DNA of 64,000 nt from Mobula hypostoma (Eukaryota). The notes below the pieces were generated by a model, which made no database searches, was not told the origin of the DNA, and saw only the letters and a list, made by a program, of their open reading frames with translations. Made by a program: the position numbers and the translations under genes. Shown piece after piece: positions 37,965 through 49,940 of this stretch (the stretch's first letter is position 1; each line of letters starts with the position of its first letter). The stretch lies in assembly GCF_963921235.1 (NCBI RefSeq), contig NC_086108.1, positions 98,334,001 to 98,398,000 on the forward strand. Reading direction: 5' to 3'.

Positions 37965-38367
37965 GTGGTAACTGGAATTCAGAAGAATGAGGGGGCGGGG
38001 ATTGCATTGAAACTTAACCAAAAGTTGAAAGGCCGAGATAGAGCGGATGTGGAGAGAATGTTTCCTAAAATGGGGGAGTCTACGACCAGAGGGACTTCTA
38101 TTTAGAATGGAGATGAGGAGGAATTCCTTTTGCCAGAGACTGGCGAATCACTGGAATTCATTGCCACAGACAGCTGTGGAGGCCGAGTCATTGTGTATAC
38201 TTAAGGCAGAAGTTGATAGGTTCTTGATTAATCAGGCCATTGAGGGATGTGGGGAGAAGGCAGGAGATTGGGGCTGAGAGGGGAAATGGAGCAGCCAAGA
38301 TGAAATGGAGGAACGGACTTGATGGCAGAATTAGTTCTGCTCCTATACCTTACGGTGTATGGTCTTA
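37965..38367 (+). mobile_element. CR1 3' end fragment
   Basis: FRMEMRRNSFCQR..WNSLPQTAVEA..KAEVDRFL. Confidence 0.8.
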
Positions 38368-39226
38368 CGTGGGTCTCGTTTCAAGCATAATCTTATTTCT
38401 GACTGTAAAAGCCCTTTTAATATGGAATTTCATTACACGCCATCCTTCTGAAGAGCCATTGTCACACTGCCATTAGTACATTTATTCCATTATCTTTGCA
38501 ATAACTGACAAAGGAAGAGAACATTAACTCTGGCACAAACTTGTTATTATAGATCCACAAGGTTTGCCCTCGGTTTTATCCCACTTTTCCTACAGCTTCT
38601 TCTGGCTTTCAGGAGATCCTTATGAAATCAGTGACAATGGCCTGTAAATATCCTAAATCTACTAATGCTACCCTCTAAGACGAATCTCTCTCATGCCTCA
38701 GTGAGTGACATTTTGGTGCCTTGGGAAAGACATGATAAAATATTTACCAGGTGGTATTATATGGAACTCTGCCATGGACAGTGCCAAGCCCGGCCGCCAA
38801 ACGAGGAGATTTGGGCATGGGGCTAGCAACCCCATCCTGTAAAAACCCAGAGCTACAGAGATGCCAACCGAAGCTCCAAAGACCTCATCCCTGGGAGAGG
38901 AAGGATCAATGAAAATGGGCTGCACTTGGAAACAAGCTGAAAGGTTGGCCCAGCACAAAGGATTCGAGCAAGCCGCTGTCGGTGGTGTATGCCCCAGTAG
39001 GGGTGATGGACCTACGCCATTATATGAGTAATATATGAGTGGTAATTTTCATCGGCTAGTTACAGATTTACAACCCAGAGTTCAATTTGCCAACTAGTTA
39101 ATTATGTTAATTACAAACCAATAACCTTTAGGGTGAAAACAGGCCCTTTGGGCACCCCATTGTGCCAATTATGTTGTCGGATTGAGTCAGTACTATTGAC
39201 TGCATTTGGTCCATATCCCTTTCAAT

Positions 39227-39304
39227 CAGGGCTTCCCAACCTGAGGTCGACAGACCACTTGCTTATTGGTATTGGTCCAAGGCACAAAAAGGTAGGAACC
39301 CCTG
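39227..39304. mobile_element. hAT/Charlie-type MITE (same family as 1987-2086, opposite orientation)
   Basis: CAGGGCTTCCCAACC ... GGTAGGAACCCCTG; imperfect 8-bp TSD CTTTCAAT / CTTTAAAC. Confidence 0.7.
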
Positions 39305-40074
39305 CTTTAAACTTTACCGAACTATGGGACATTTCAAATGCCTTCAAAATGTTGCAATTGTATCCACTTCCTCTGCAGCTTAGTCCATATACTCACACCA
39401 TCTGTGTGAAACATTTGCCCCCCCCGACCCCGGTCCCTTTTAAAATCTTTTCTGTCTCACTCTAGTTCTGGACTCCGCTTCCTGAGGGTGGCGGGGTGGA
39501 GATACGTCTCTATCAAAGGAGCTGTGAGGTGCTTCTTCCCTCCGTTAGCCTGCAGGTCACCCTTGGGCAAGGTGTAGTGCCCCCCCCCCCCAGATCAGGG
39601 TCACGTGAAGCCGTGGGAGCAGGTGGGAGATGGTCGTATGAGCAGCTGGTGCCAGGCATGTATGTATAGGCAGTCTATGTAGGCTAATCATACTTATATG
39701 TGGCCACACTCAAACAGTTAATGTACATTGTATTTCATAGGATTGTTTTTACATTGTGTTCTTTATGATTAATGTGTTTTTATGGTGTATCAGATCCAGG
39801 ATTAATCATTTTGTTCTCCTTCTCGTATAAGAAGAATGGCAATAAACAGTTTTGAACCTTGAACTACGGGTCAGACAGTGTTGACAATAAAGCGTTAATA
39901 GCATTGGGGCTAAACTACTGCTCTTGTATCCTGAGGGGTTGACACTCGATCTGGAGACGAGTTTAAACCTCATCACAGCAGGTGGGGAATTAGAACTCGA
40001 GTAAGTACATAAATCCTAGGAGGATTGAGACAAGTGAAGCTTCCCCATCTCCCTCCTCCCCAGCTTAACTGAAT

Positions 40075-40615
40075 TTTACAGGAGCACCTTTGAGACCGTC
40101 CTGACAAGCTGCAGCTCCATATGGTATGGGAGCAGCAGAGCATTGGACGAGAGGTCCCTACAAAAGACTGTGAGAATGGCTGAGAGGATTATAAGGGGTC
40201 GTCCTACCACCTATCAGGGACATTTATCAGGAGCGCTGAGTACGCAGGGCCCTTAGTATTATTAAGGATCCCACCCATCCAGCATCCTTTAACTTTCTAC
40301 CATCAGGCAGGAGACTCCGATGCATAAAGATAAGAACGGTCAGGATGGGAAACAGTCTCTTCCCTCAGGCCATTAGGCTTCTGAACTCCCTGCCGCATCG
40401 CATTCGAAGTGTCACTGATTAATCTGTTCTGTACATTACAATATTTAATTTATGCACCCTTGTTTACTTATGTGTAATTCAACTATATTTTATCCTTACT
40501 GTCCTAAGTTAATGTGCGTTATATGTGTTTTATTTGTACTACTGTGCTTTAGGTTTGGAGAAACAATATCTCGTTTGATGATATACATGTATATACTTAA
40601 ATGACAACAAACTTG
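40075..40615 (+). mobile_element. Rex1/Babar-type 3' fragment
   Basis: ATTAAGGATCCCACCCATCC, CTACCATCAGGCAGGAGA and TTCCCTCAGGCCATTAGG motifs shared with the other Rex/Babar 3' ends in the window. Confidence 0.65.
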
Positions 40616-40733
40616 ATGATCTGGAACTTTGGGAAGAGTGACCATGAAAGGATTTGGTTGACTTCAATGCCACCTGATTCAATAATGTCCTTCAGGTAAG
40701 CATATCTGCCACCCTCACTGGGTCTGGCCTCTA

Positions 40734-41170
40734 TACTCAGTGGGCACTTTATTAGGTACACCTGCTTGTTAATGCCAATATCTAACCAGCCAATCATGTG
40801 GCAGCAACTCAATGCATAAAAGTATGCAGACATGGTCAGGAGGTTCATCTGCCGTTCAGACCAAACATCAGAACGGGGAAGAAACGTGATCTAAGTGACT
40901 TTGATCGTGGAATGATTGTTGGTGCCAGATGGAGAGGTTTGAGTATCTTAGAAACTGCAGATCTCCTGGGATTTTCACACCCAACAGTCTTTAGAGTTTA
41001 CAGAGACTGGTTCCAAAAACAAAAAAACATCCAGTGAGGAAGGCATCAGTAACTCAAATAGCACAACATGTCAATCCTTGAAGTGGATGGGCTACAGCAG
41101 CAGAAGACCATAAATATACACTCAGTGGCTACTTAGGTAGAGGAGGTACTTAACGAAGTGGTACTGAGTA
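40734..41170 (+). mobile_element. Tc1-derived non-autonomous element
   Basis: TIR ACTCAGTGGGCACTTTATTAGGTAC; HTH remnant DLSDFDRGMIVGARWRGLSILETADLLGFSHPTVFRVYR. Confidence 0.85.
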
Positions 41171-41884
41171 TATATCACTGCAGGCACTTGTTCTGAACAA
41201 GTCGTTAATTCAGAAGAACCCAGGGAAGGAATAATGGAATATCAATCTGACCCTGGGAACCTACTGTTTTTATAATGAGCATATCCTGATACACAAGACT
41301 GTTAGCTTTAATATGCCACTTAAAAATCATCTGGAGTTCTCACTTAAAGGATAAAGGAATGTGTTGTGGATTTTATCGGGATTTAGGGATGCAAAGAGAA
41401 AGTCCTTGAGTCATAGTTATACAGCATAGATCCTAGCCATCTCGCCCAAGTCAAATTGCCCAACTGCATGCATTTGGCCCATGTTCCTCTAACACATACC
41501 CATCCATGTACCTGTCTAAATGTAATTTAACACACTCGTCATTATCTTGAAGATGTAATCCATTTTCTCGCCATTAGGTGAAGAAAAAGTGGTTTTACCC
41601 ACACTACCACAATGTGGACTAAAGCAGCTAAGTACATGCATTCTTGCGCTACGTAAAAAAATTGGAATGACATCAGATATATTACAGAAATAAGAACATG
41701 ACATTCAGACCAATCATCCAGCTAAATTCATCTGAAAACCAGCTCAACATCTACCTAATTTCTTGAAGCAAATGATTAATGTAATTGTAAATTAAAAAAA
41801 CAGGTCTAACAGCCTCTGTGGAGAGAGAAGCAGAGTTAACATTTCAGCTCTGATCATTTTTATCCACCTGGAGCATTATCTCCT

Positions 41885-42305
41885 CCAAAGGACCACAACC
41901 TTGTCATTGGGTCTGGGGGCTTGTGGGCCTCAATAACCAGAAGAGCTTTGTTGGCTGGAGTCAGCACTTTATGCTTTGGCTCTTGAAGGGGTCACCCATG
42001 CCAAACAGGTCAAAGGGTAGAGGCCAGACTGAGAGTGGTCCACTGGTCCTCCAGGTTCGGGGGTTCAGCTCAGGGCTAACAACCTGAGTGGTCAAACAAA
42101 ATTGTTACAGAGACAGCAATGAAGAATCCTTCTACATCTGTGTGCGATGGTATTCCTGAGTCTCCACCCAGTTCTTGCATGGCTAACTCTTGTGAAAACT
42201 AAGACGAAGCTACTGACATGATGAAGGAAGCCCTGAACACCTCCAGAGATGGAGGACCTTCATTGCTGCTCTACATGCCAGCAGTGTAATGAGCAGCAAG
42301 TAAAT
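41885..42305 (+). mobile_element. RTE-related non-autonomous repeat
   Basis: Resembles RTE 5' UTR-type sequence (GGTCACCCATGCCAAACAGGTC...GGGCTAACAACC) with a TAAG-like tail; recognised by resemblance only. Confidence 0.4.
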
Positions 42306-43204
42306 AAGTGAAAAATTAATTCTTTTTTCTCTCTCCACAAATCATGTCCACACTGTTGCTTATCTCCAGCATTTTCTGTGTTTTTTTAAAAATCAACATC
42401 TACAGTGTTTTTCTTTTGGAACAGTGATTGAGTTGACATTCCTTCAGTAACCGAAGGCAATAAAGTGACACTTCCTCCATAAATACTTCTCTCAATATTT
42501 TAACAAAATCAGAATTTGCTGGAAAACCTTAGCAGGTCAGGCAGCGTCCATGTAAAGAGGGAGCGTTAATATTTCATGTCTGAGACCCTTATTATCATTT
42601 GCCGTCATTACTTACCCGCTCCTGGCTCCTGCTTCATTTTGACACTGGGGCTGTACAGGCCAATGATGGGTGCTTTGCACCCTCTGCTGTCGAAACGACT
42701 GTACTATCACCTTAGCACTGACTTCCAGAAAACTCATGTTCCAGGATCTGCAGTCACTTGTGGCTATTGTGCAAACCGCACCCATTACAAGCTCTCTGTA
42801 AGCCAGGAACAAGTTAAGGCTATTGAAATTAAAATTAATTGGTCAATGGGAAACATGGTTCAATATGTAGGGACCGCTTTCTAGGAAAAACACATGCATA
42901 CTTTGACTGCTAGGGTCAAGGTGCATGCAAGGTACAATATCAGTGGTGGGGAGCCGGTGGGGGGGGGGGGGGTGGGTGTCAAACGTCAATCCTTCACAAT
43001 GACTTGCATCTCTCCGTCACGCTGTAGCAGCTGCAACAAGGCAGCAAGCTCGCATTCACAAACGTCAAAAAGGGAGGCGACTTTGCTCGTCGTCGGTGAC
43101 AGAAAACGTGTGAGAGGGCGACTGCTCCCTTGCTCCCCATTCAGCTGAAGTGAATGCACAGGAATGACACACGGGTTCAGAATAACAGGTTCCGACTTTA
43201 TTCC

Positions 43205-43597
43205 CTGGAGCATAGCAGAATGGGGGGAGATTTGACAGAATCACTACAAAATTCTGAAGGGTACCGATAGGGTAAACGCAAGCAGGCTTTTTTCCACTGA
43301 GGTTGGGTGGAACTACAACTAGAGGTCATAGGTTAAGGGTGAAAAGTGAATTATCCAAAGAGAACATGAGGGGGAAGTTCTTCACTCAGAGGGAGGTCAG
43401 AGTGTGAAAGGAGCTGCCAGTGGAAGTGGTGGATGTGGGATTAATTTCAACATTTAAGAAAAATTGGGACAGGTACACGAATGGGAGGGATACGGAGGGC
43501 TATGGGCCAGGTGCAGGTCGATGGAACTAGGCAGAATAATAGTTTGGCCTGAACTAGATGGGCTGAAGGGCCTGTTTCTGTGCTGTAGTGCTCCATG
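43205..43597 (+). mobile_element. CR1 3' end fragment
   Basis: Homologous to 58030-58415. Confidence 0.8.
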
Positions 43598-44854
43598 ACA
43601 ATAGGGCTTACAAGAGACTGCAGATGCTGGAGCCTGGAGCAACTAACGAGCTGCCACAAGAACGTGGCAGAGTCTGTGCAGGCAGACGGTCAGTCAGGGC
43701 TTTGACTTGAAACCGCTCTTCGTTGGCAAAGGGATGGTTGATGTTTTGCATCTGATGCAGGGCCTCCGTCTCAACAGACACTTGCTCAGCCTGCTGAGTT
43801 CGTCCAGCAGTTCGTTCTTTTAACTATAAGCAGGGACCGATCCCAGGACTAGTAACCAAAGACCAAATGCTAACTTGTCCTCTTCCCCACAAATAAAACA
43901 TTTGTCTATATACACTAAATTAATTTGTACACATACAAAAGTATATGGTAAACACAAGAAATTCTGAAGATGCTGGAAATCCTGAGCAACATACACAAAA
44001 TGCTGGAAGAACTCAGCGAGACAGGCAGCATCTATGGAGGGGAATAAACAGTCGATGTTTTGGGCCGAGAAGTTGACTATTTATTTCCCACCACAGATGA
44101 ACCTACCCACTCCAAGATCAATCTAACCCCTCTCTCCCACATAGTCCTCCATTTTTCTTTCATCCATCCACTCCCTCCTTCCGCAATTTCCATAATTCAA
44201 GCATCTCAACCCAAAAGGTGGACCACCCCTTTTCCTCCAAAGATGTTGCTCGACCTGCTGGGTCCTCCAGCAGCTTGTTTCCAACTCTCTGCCACTGCGG
44301 CCCTCCCTCACCCAACAGCCTCTATTTCAGCCCTCACCAACCTTCCTATCCCACCCAACGTCCCTTCTGGGGTCACAGGAATCGCAAAAACTGACTGCGC
44401 CCCCTACAGGTATTCACACTAATTTCCCATTCCCAGCTCTAGCGTGAGGCGTTTCTTCGTTCCAAGTCCAAGCACCTTCTGTAATAACATGCACAAAATG
44501 CTGGAGGAATGCAGCAAGTCAGTCAGCATCAATGGACAGGATCAATATTTTGGGCTGAGACCCCTCATGAGGACCAGAAAGGACTGGGGGAAGAAGCCAG
44601 AATTGAGACATAAGCCCTGAGATTTGTTGCTGTACAGGAAGTGAGCTCCAGTAAACCCAGCCCCCTACTCTCTAGATGAACAAATACATATATAGTTCCA
44701 CGACTCCTCTCCGATATCCGATCCGTTGCCTTAAATCTGGAACCTCCCTGCCTGGGTCATGCAACCCCATTACCTCGAGTGCAAAGGCTTTTCTTTCCTT
44801 TCCAAGCAGTGCTTCAAGCAACTGATCTGCCCAGGAAACCTTTATCTCACTATC

Positions 44855-45215
44855 TTAAGACCATAAGACAAAGGAGCAGAAGTCGGCCATTCGGCCCATC
44901 GAGCCTGTTCCACCATTTTATCATGAGCTGATCCATTCTCCCATTTAGTTCCACTCCCCCGCCTTCTCACCATAACCTTTGATGCCCTGGCTACTCAGAT
45001 ACCTATCAATCTCTGCCTTAAATACACCCAATGACTTGGCCTCCACTGCTGCCCGTGGCAACAAATTCCATAGATTCACCACCCTCTGACTAAAAAAATT
45101 TCTTCGCATCTCTGTTCTGAATGGGCGCCCTTCAATCCTTAAGTCATGCCCTCTCGTACTAGACTCCCCCATCATGGGAAACAACTTTGCCACATCCACT
45201 CTGTCCATGCCTTTT
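44855..45215 (-). mobile_element. Young CR1 3' end, same family as the near full-length copy
   Basis: ORF 44945..45298 is almost identical to the C-terminus of 52816..54216. Confidence 0.9.
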
Positions 45216-45972
45216 CTTATACCCTTATACCCTTCCACCTCACCCTTTACTCTCTCCTGGCGGCATCCAGCCCTCAGGACCCCCAACACCCCGGACATAC
45301 CCTCTCCTCATTGCTACCATCAGGGAGGAGGTCCAGGAGCCTGAAGACACACACTCAACATTTTAGGGACAGCTTCTTCCCCTCTGCCATCAGATTTCTG
45401 AATGCTCTATGAACCCATGAACACTATCTCACTATTTTTGCTCTCTTTTACACTACTTTTTAGCACTTCTTATAATTTATAACTCTTGACCTCTTCTACC
45501 TCACCATTTTGCACTACTAATTTATTTTTTGATTATTTCTTATTGTAGCTTATAGTATATTTTATATATTGCACTGTACCTCTGCCACAAAGCACAACAA
45601 ATTTGTAGATATGTGTCAGTAATAGTAAAGCTGACTCTGATTCTGATCGGGGTTCTTCAACCTTCTGGTACGTTGCATCTTCTTGGGCAGCTTTGTCAGG
45701 TAAAGCCCTTCCAAAAGGCACGTTATTTTCCCAAGTTATTATTTTATCTCTATAAATAAGTTTGGATAAAACCACCCAACAGTTTACTGAGTGCTGAAAT
45801 CCTGATATCATAAATATTACCTATATTTAAAGGCTGGGAGACACCCGTCAACACCTCTCCTCCTGCGCTCCCAAAAAACGTGGCACAGTTAAGATGCACA
45901 GTAACATTATTCCCAGCAGAAGCGAGACACCAACCGCGATATTCCATCTGTTGTCTCACATGGGCGCAGCTA

Positions 45973-46007
<35 letters not shown>

Positions 46008-46113
46008 AAAATAATGCATTTTAAAATATGAGGTTAATGTTAAAAATAATGCTGGTGAATTCGACTGGATGGGAAGCGATAACAAAACTTAACATTGACA
46101 AGGTGGCTGCTCA

Positions 46114-46267
46114 AACACAAGAGATTCTGCAGATGCTGGAAATCCAGAGTAACACACACACACACGCACACACACACAGAACGCTGGAGGAACTCAGCAG
46201 GTGGGGCAGCATCTATGGAGAGGAATAAACCGTCGATGTTTTGGGCCGAGACCCTTCATCAGGACTG
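46114..46267 (-). mobile_element. Short PLE-end-derived element in the proximal LRRC8C 3' UTR with mutated hammerhead
   Basis: Minus strand AGTC-CTGATGA-AGGGTCTCGGCCC-AAAA-CATC-GACG at 46266-46231. Confidence 0.8.
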
Positions 46268-46323
46268 CCTCTTGCTTGCACTCACCCAGGAGCGCCGGGC
46301 TAGTGCGGGGGTCACCTTCCACT

Positions 46324-48609
46324 CTATTCCGCCCTCATCTGTTCTCTGACGTCGCAAGGCAGCCCGTCAAAGAGGGTGTCCTCCACCAGCAGCCCGCTGC
46401 GTTTCAGCGAGCGGCAGTCTCCCAGCTCCCGGGGCAGCGCCTCCAAGTGGTTGCCTTTCAGCTCCAGCAGGGTCAGTAGTGCCAGGTTGCCGACCTTGGG
46501 CGACAAGATGGAGAGGCTATTGCGGCCCATCCTCAGCACCTTGAGCTTCTTGCAGAAGTACAGCTCATCAGGCAGGCTCTCCACCTTGTTGCCCGTGATG
46601 CAGAAGTCCTGCAGGTTCTGCAGCACCCCGATCTCCGGCGGGATGAAACGGATGTCGTTGTGGCCCAGGTCCAGTGTCCGCAGCTTGTTGCACAGGAAGA
46701 GGTGCGAGGGCAGTACCTCGATCTTGTTGTGGCTGAAGTACAGGCACTCCAGGCCGGTCAGCTTCTTGATGTGCTCCGGGATGTACGTTATGCTGTTGTG
46801 CCACAGCTTGAGGCCGGCGAGCTTGCGGCAGTGCTGGAAGCTGATAATCTCCTCCACCGACCGCAGGTTGTTCTCCTTCAGGTCCAGCTCCTGCAGGCTG
46901 GTCAGGCTGAACACAGCGTGGGGGATGCGCTCCAGGTCACAGTGCACCAGGCTCAGCTCTGCCAGGTTGGTTAGTTTCTTCAGACTGTTGAGCATGACCA
47001 GCTTCGTGCCGTCATTCTGGATGCACAGAGTCTGGAGGTGGCTGGAGGTTTCAACGATGGACGGCGGGATCTTGGTCAGGTTGCTCTTAATGCACAGGAC
47101 TTTGAGGCTTTTGAGCTCCCGCAACGACTCCAGCGTGATGTTCTTGGACAGGTCGGGGCTCAGGGTGCCTTGGAGGTGAAGCTCCTCCAGACACTTCATG
47201 CTGTATATCCAGCTGGGCAGCTCCCGCATGTCGTCGAACTTGACCCTCAGGACCTTGAGGTTGTCCTTCAGGAAGGCCAGCGCCGCGCTGTGGATCTTCA
47301 CGGAGCACTGGTACAGCGAGAGCTCCTGGAGCCCCTCCAGCTGCACGATGGTGGCCGGGATGGTGACGTTGTTGATGATCTCCAGCCTCAGCGACTGCAG
47401 CTCGGTCAGCTCGAACACCGTGTCGGGCAGCCCGGACAGCATGAAGAGCTGCAGCTCCAGCCTGTTCTGGCTGTTGGTCTGCAGTCTCTGGCGCAGCTTG
47501 TCCGGAGTCCACTCGTTGTTGAGGTTCAGCTGCTTGAGTTTGTTTTCGCTCACCTCGGAGAGGAAGACGGCGAACCTCTTGGAGTACAGGGGGTCGTACT
47601 GGTCGATGAGGTGCAGCATGAAAGCAAAGTCGTTCTTGACGTCGGGGATGTCGTCGATGCCTGTCTCGTGCCGGACGTACTCGAAGGAGTATTCCTTAAG
47701 GGAACGGTAGAAGAGCCAGTAGAGGGTGTAAAGGCAGGTCAAGCCATATACACTGACAAAGCACAGGTAGCAGATGGACAGCTTAGAGAACAAGTGTGCC
47801 ATGGTGTGGTTGCAAGAAAACTTACGGTAGCCAGTCATCTCCTGAATGTTGACCTCACAATCCACCATGAAGTTGACTTTGGACACCAGGATGCTGTTGT
47901 AGACCACGATGAAAATGAACTTAATGACTTTGATGATGGTCTGGCGCACGTACATGGAATACAGCAGATCTCCTTCTTCCACGTGCAGTCGGAACTTCTT
48001 GACCTTCTCAAACAAAGCCTTGGCTTGCTCACCTTCCTTCTGGTCCAGGGCACTTACAGCTGGTTTCTCCACCACTATCTTTTCGGGGATGGAGCGCAGC
48101 GACTGGGTCTTGGCCAGATTACCCTCCGAGACAGACAGGCCTGGCGCTACCTTGGCCGCATTGTTCACCTCGCCGCCCTTGCTGTCCTTCTCCTCCGGAT
48201 TCTCGCCAGAGACCTCGGAGAGAGCGCGGGTCGTCCAGGGAGAGTCAAAGCACTTGCCCAGGATTGAGATGAAATGCTCTATCTTGGAGCTGGACCCGGG
48301 GAACTTGAACCAAAAGTTGCTGCACAGCATGAAAATCAGGGTGTGTATCAGGACGAGATAGGGGAAATACTTGGCGTACCAGTGCAGGGCCCGCTCATAG
48401 CACATTTGGTTTATGAAGCTGTACTGCTGGAGGTCAAGGTTAGTCTTCAACCCTTTCATTTCATTGGTAGAAGCTGACATCGGTGTCTGTGACGGGGTGG
48501 GTGTTGTGTATTTACTGGAAGAAATGTTGACCAGAGTTTGGTTTGGAACAGGATGCAGGTTATAGTGCGAAGTTCGTTTCGGAAGACAAATAATCTTGTC
48601 TTGCATCAC
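46324..48609 (-). CDS. LRRC8C: Volume-regulated anion channel subunit LRRC8C, last coding exon (761 aa plus stop; N-terminal exon not in view)
   Basis: Uninterrupted [15 protein letters not shown]...[26 protein letters not shown]...[15 protein letters not shown]...LRR array...DVREQMRAE matches LRRC8C as recalled (pannexin-like TM domain plus LRRs); starts in phase 0 after a CAG acceptor. Confidence 0.95.
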   Translation of the reverse strand: MMQDKIICLPKRTSHYNLHPVPNQTLVNISSSKYTTPTPSQTPMSASTNEMKGLKTNLDLQQYSFINQMCYERALHWYAKYFPYLVLIHTLIFMLCSNFWFKFPGSSSKIEHFISILGKCFDSPWTTRALSEVSGENPEEKDSKGGEVNNAAKVAPGLSVSEGNLAKTQSLRSIPEKIVVEKPAVSALDQKEGEQAKALFEKVKKFRLHVEEGDLLYSMYVRQTIIKVIKFIFIVVYNSILVSKVNFMVDCEVNIQEMTGYRKFSCNHTMAHLFSKLSICYLCFVSVYGLTCLYTLYWLFYRSLKEYSFEYVRHETGIDDIPDVKNDFAFMLHLIDQYDPLYSKRFAVFLSEVSENKLKQLNLNNEWTPDKLRQRLQTNSQNRLELQLFMLSGLPDTVFELTELQSLRLEIINNVTIPATIVQLEGLQELSLYQCSVKIHSAALAFLKDNLKVLRVKFDDMRELPSWIYSMKCLEELHLQGTLSPDLSKNITLESLRELKSLKVLCIKSNLTKIPPSIVETSSHLQTLCIQNDGTKLVMLNSLKKLTNLAELSLVHCDLERIPHAVFSLTSLQELDLKENNLRSVEEIISFQHCRKLAGLKLWHNSITYIPEHIKKLTGLECLYFSHNKIEVLPSHLFLCNKLRTLDLGHNDIRFIPPEIGVLQNLQDFCITGNKVESLPDELYFCKKLKVLRMGRNSLSILSPKVGNLALLTLLELKGNHLEALPRELGDCRSLKRSGLLVEDTLFDGLPCDVREQMRAE

Positions 48610-48632
48610 CTGGGAAAGGCAGAAACCCAAGG
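48610..48632 (-). promoter_or_regulatory. 3' splice acceptor of the LRRC8C large exon
   Basis: Minus strand TTTCTGCCTTTCCCAG|GTGATG: polypyrimidine tract plus AG at the point where homology starts. Confidence 0.9.
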
Positions 48633-49382
48633 CATTACAATGGATAATGTTTGTGCTAGTTTAAATTGACATATTTAACAAAGAGTCATGTTATTTTTAG
48701 AAATTACACCATAAAAACTGCCCACTCTTTTCATTATTCTGCTGCTAGCCTGAGCTTTACAGTTCCTGTACAAAAAAAAATTCAGGAAGTATGAAAGCAA
48801 AATGCTGAAAATGCTCAGTGGGTCAGGCAGCATCTACAGAGAGAGAAAACAATTTAATATTTCATGTTAATGACATATCAGAGCATGTTATCTGATTTTA
48901 AAAAAAGCAAACAATGTGATTATTATCTACATTATTTTTGTTGCTTTTGTAAAGGACATTCAGGCTGCAGAATACTTCACAGTTAATGAGACACATCGGA
49001 AATGAGATCAATTTTGTAATGTAGAACATAAAACACGACAGCACAGCACAGGACCTTCGGCTCATGATGTTGTGCCAAGACTTTTATCTATTCCAAGACC
49101 TGTCTACCACATAGCCCTCCATTCCTCTTTCATTCATGCACCTAACAAAGTTCAAAGTATATTTATGATCGAAGAATGTATACATTAAACAAGAATCGTC
49201 TCCTTACAGGCAGCCGGAAAACAAGAAACCCAAAAGAGCCCATTAAAAAAATCTGACAAACACCCAATGTGCAGAGGCGGAAAAAAAAGCAAGCAAACAG
49301 CATTTGGAACGAAAGTCAGTCCTCACACTAATCTTGGCCTAGCTAACAGCCTCTTAAACATGTTTTTTTTTGCTGGCTATTT

Positions 49383-49940
49383 AGAATTAGAATTTATTTA
49401 AATCTTTCATCCATCCCACAACATGAGGGAGTAAAAATCTTGCGTTATGACTAAGTTGCAAAGTACAGACATGTGAATTTTAAAGTCTAATGGCTTGTAG
49501 AAAGATGTTGTCCCATTGCCTGTTGGACCCGGCTTTAATGCTGTGCAACACACACAAAATGCTGGAGGAACTCAGCAGGCCAGGCAGCATCTATGGAGAA
49601 ACGTACAGTCGACGTTTCCGGCTGAAACCCTTCAGCAGGACTGATGCTGAGGTAATGCTGCGGTAGCATTTGCTGGACGGAAGCAGCTGAAACAGTTTAT
49701 GGTCGGGGTGACTGGTGTCCCTGATGATCTTCCAGGCCTTCTTTCTGCACCTGCTGCTACGAATGCCCCCAATAGAGGGAAGTTCACATCCACAGATGTG
49801 CTGGGCTGCCCGTACCACTCTCTGCGGTGCCAACAGTCAAGGTTGGTGCAGTTCCCGTACCGGGTGGTGACACAGCCAGTCAGGATGCTCTCGATGGTGC
49901 CCCTGCAGGCGGTCTTGAGGATTTGGGGGCCCGTGCTGAA
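49383..49940 (-). mobile_element. Rex1/Babar-type 3' fragment with a short PLE-end insertion (~49545-49650)
   Basis: TIESILTGCVTTRYG, QRVVRAAQHICG, IIRDTSHPDHKLFQLLPS; insert flanked by TAATGCTG repeats. Confidence 0.72.

Noticed and set aside
41885..42100. HDV-like ribozyme in the RTE-like 5' region
   Set aside because: RTE elements can carry one, but I could not assign the nested double pseudoknot by eye
46376..48361. Long plus-strand ORFs (267, 409, 170 and 150 aa) antisense to LRRC8C
   Set aside because: Shadow ORFs from high-GC3 codon usage; no recognisable domains
48610..48630. ORF-track start MGFCLSQ for LRRC8C
   Set aside because: This is the intronic polypyrimidine tract and acceptor; homology begins at VMQDK
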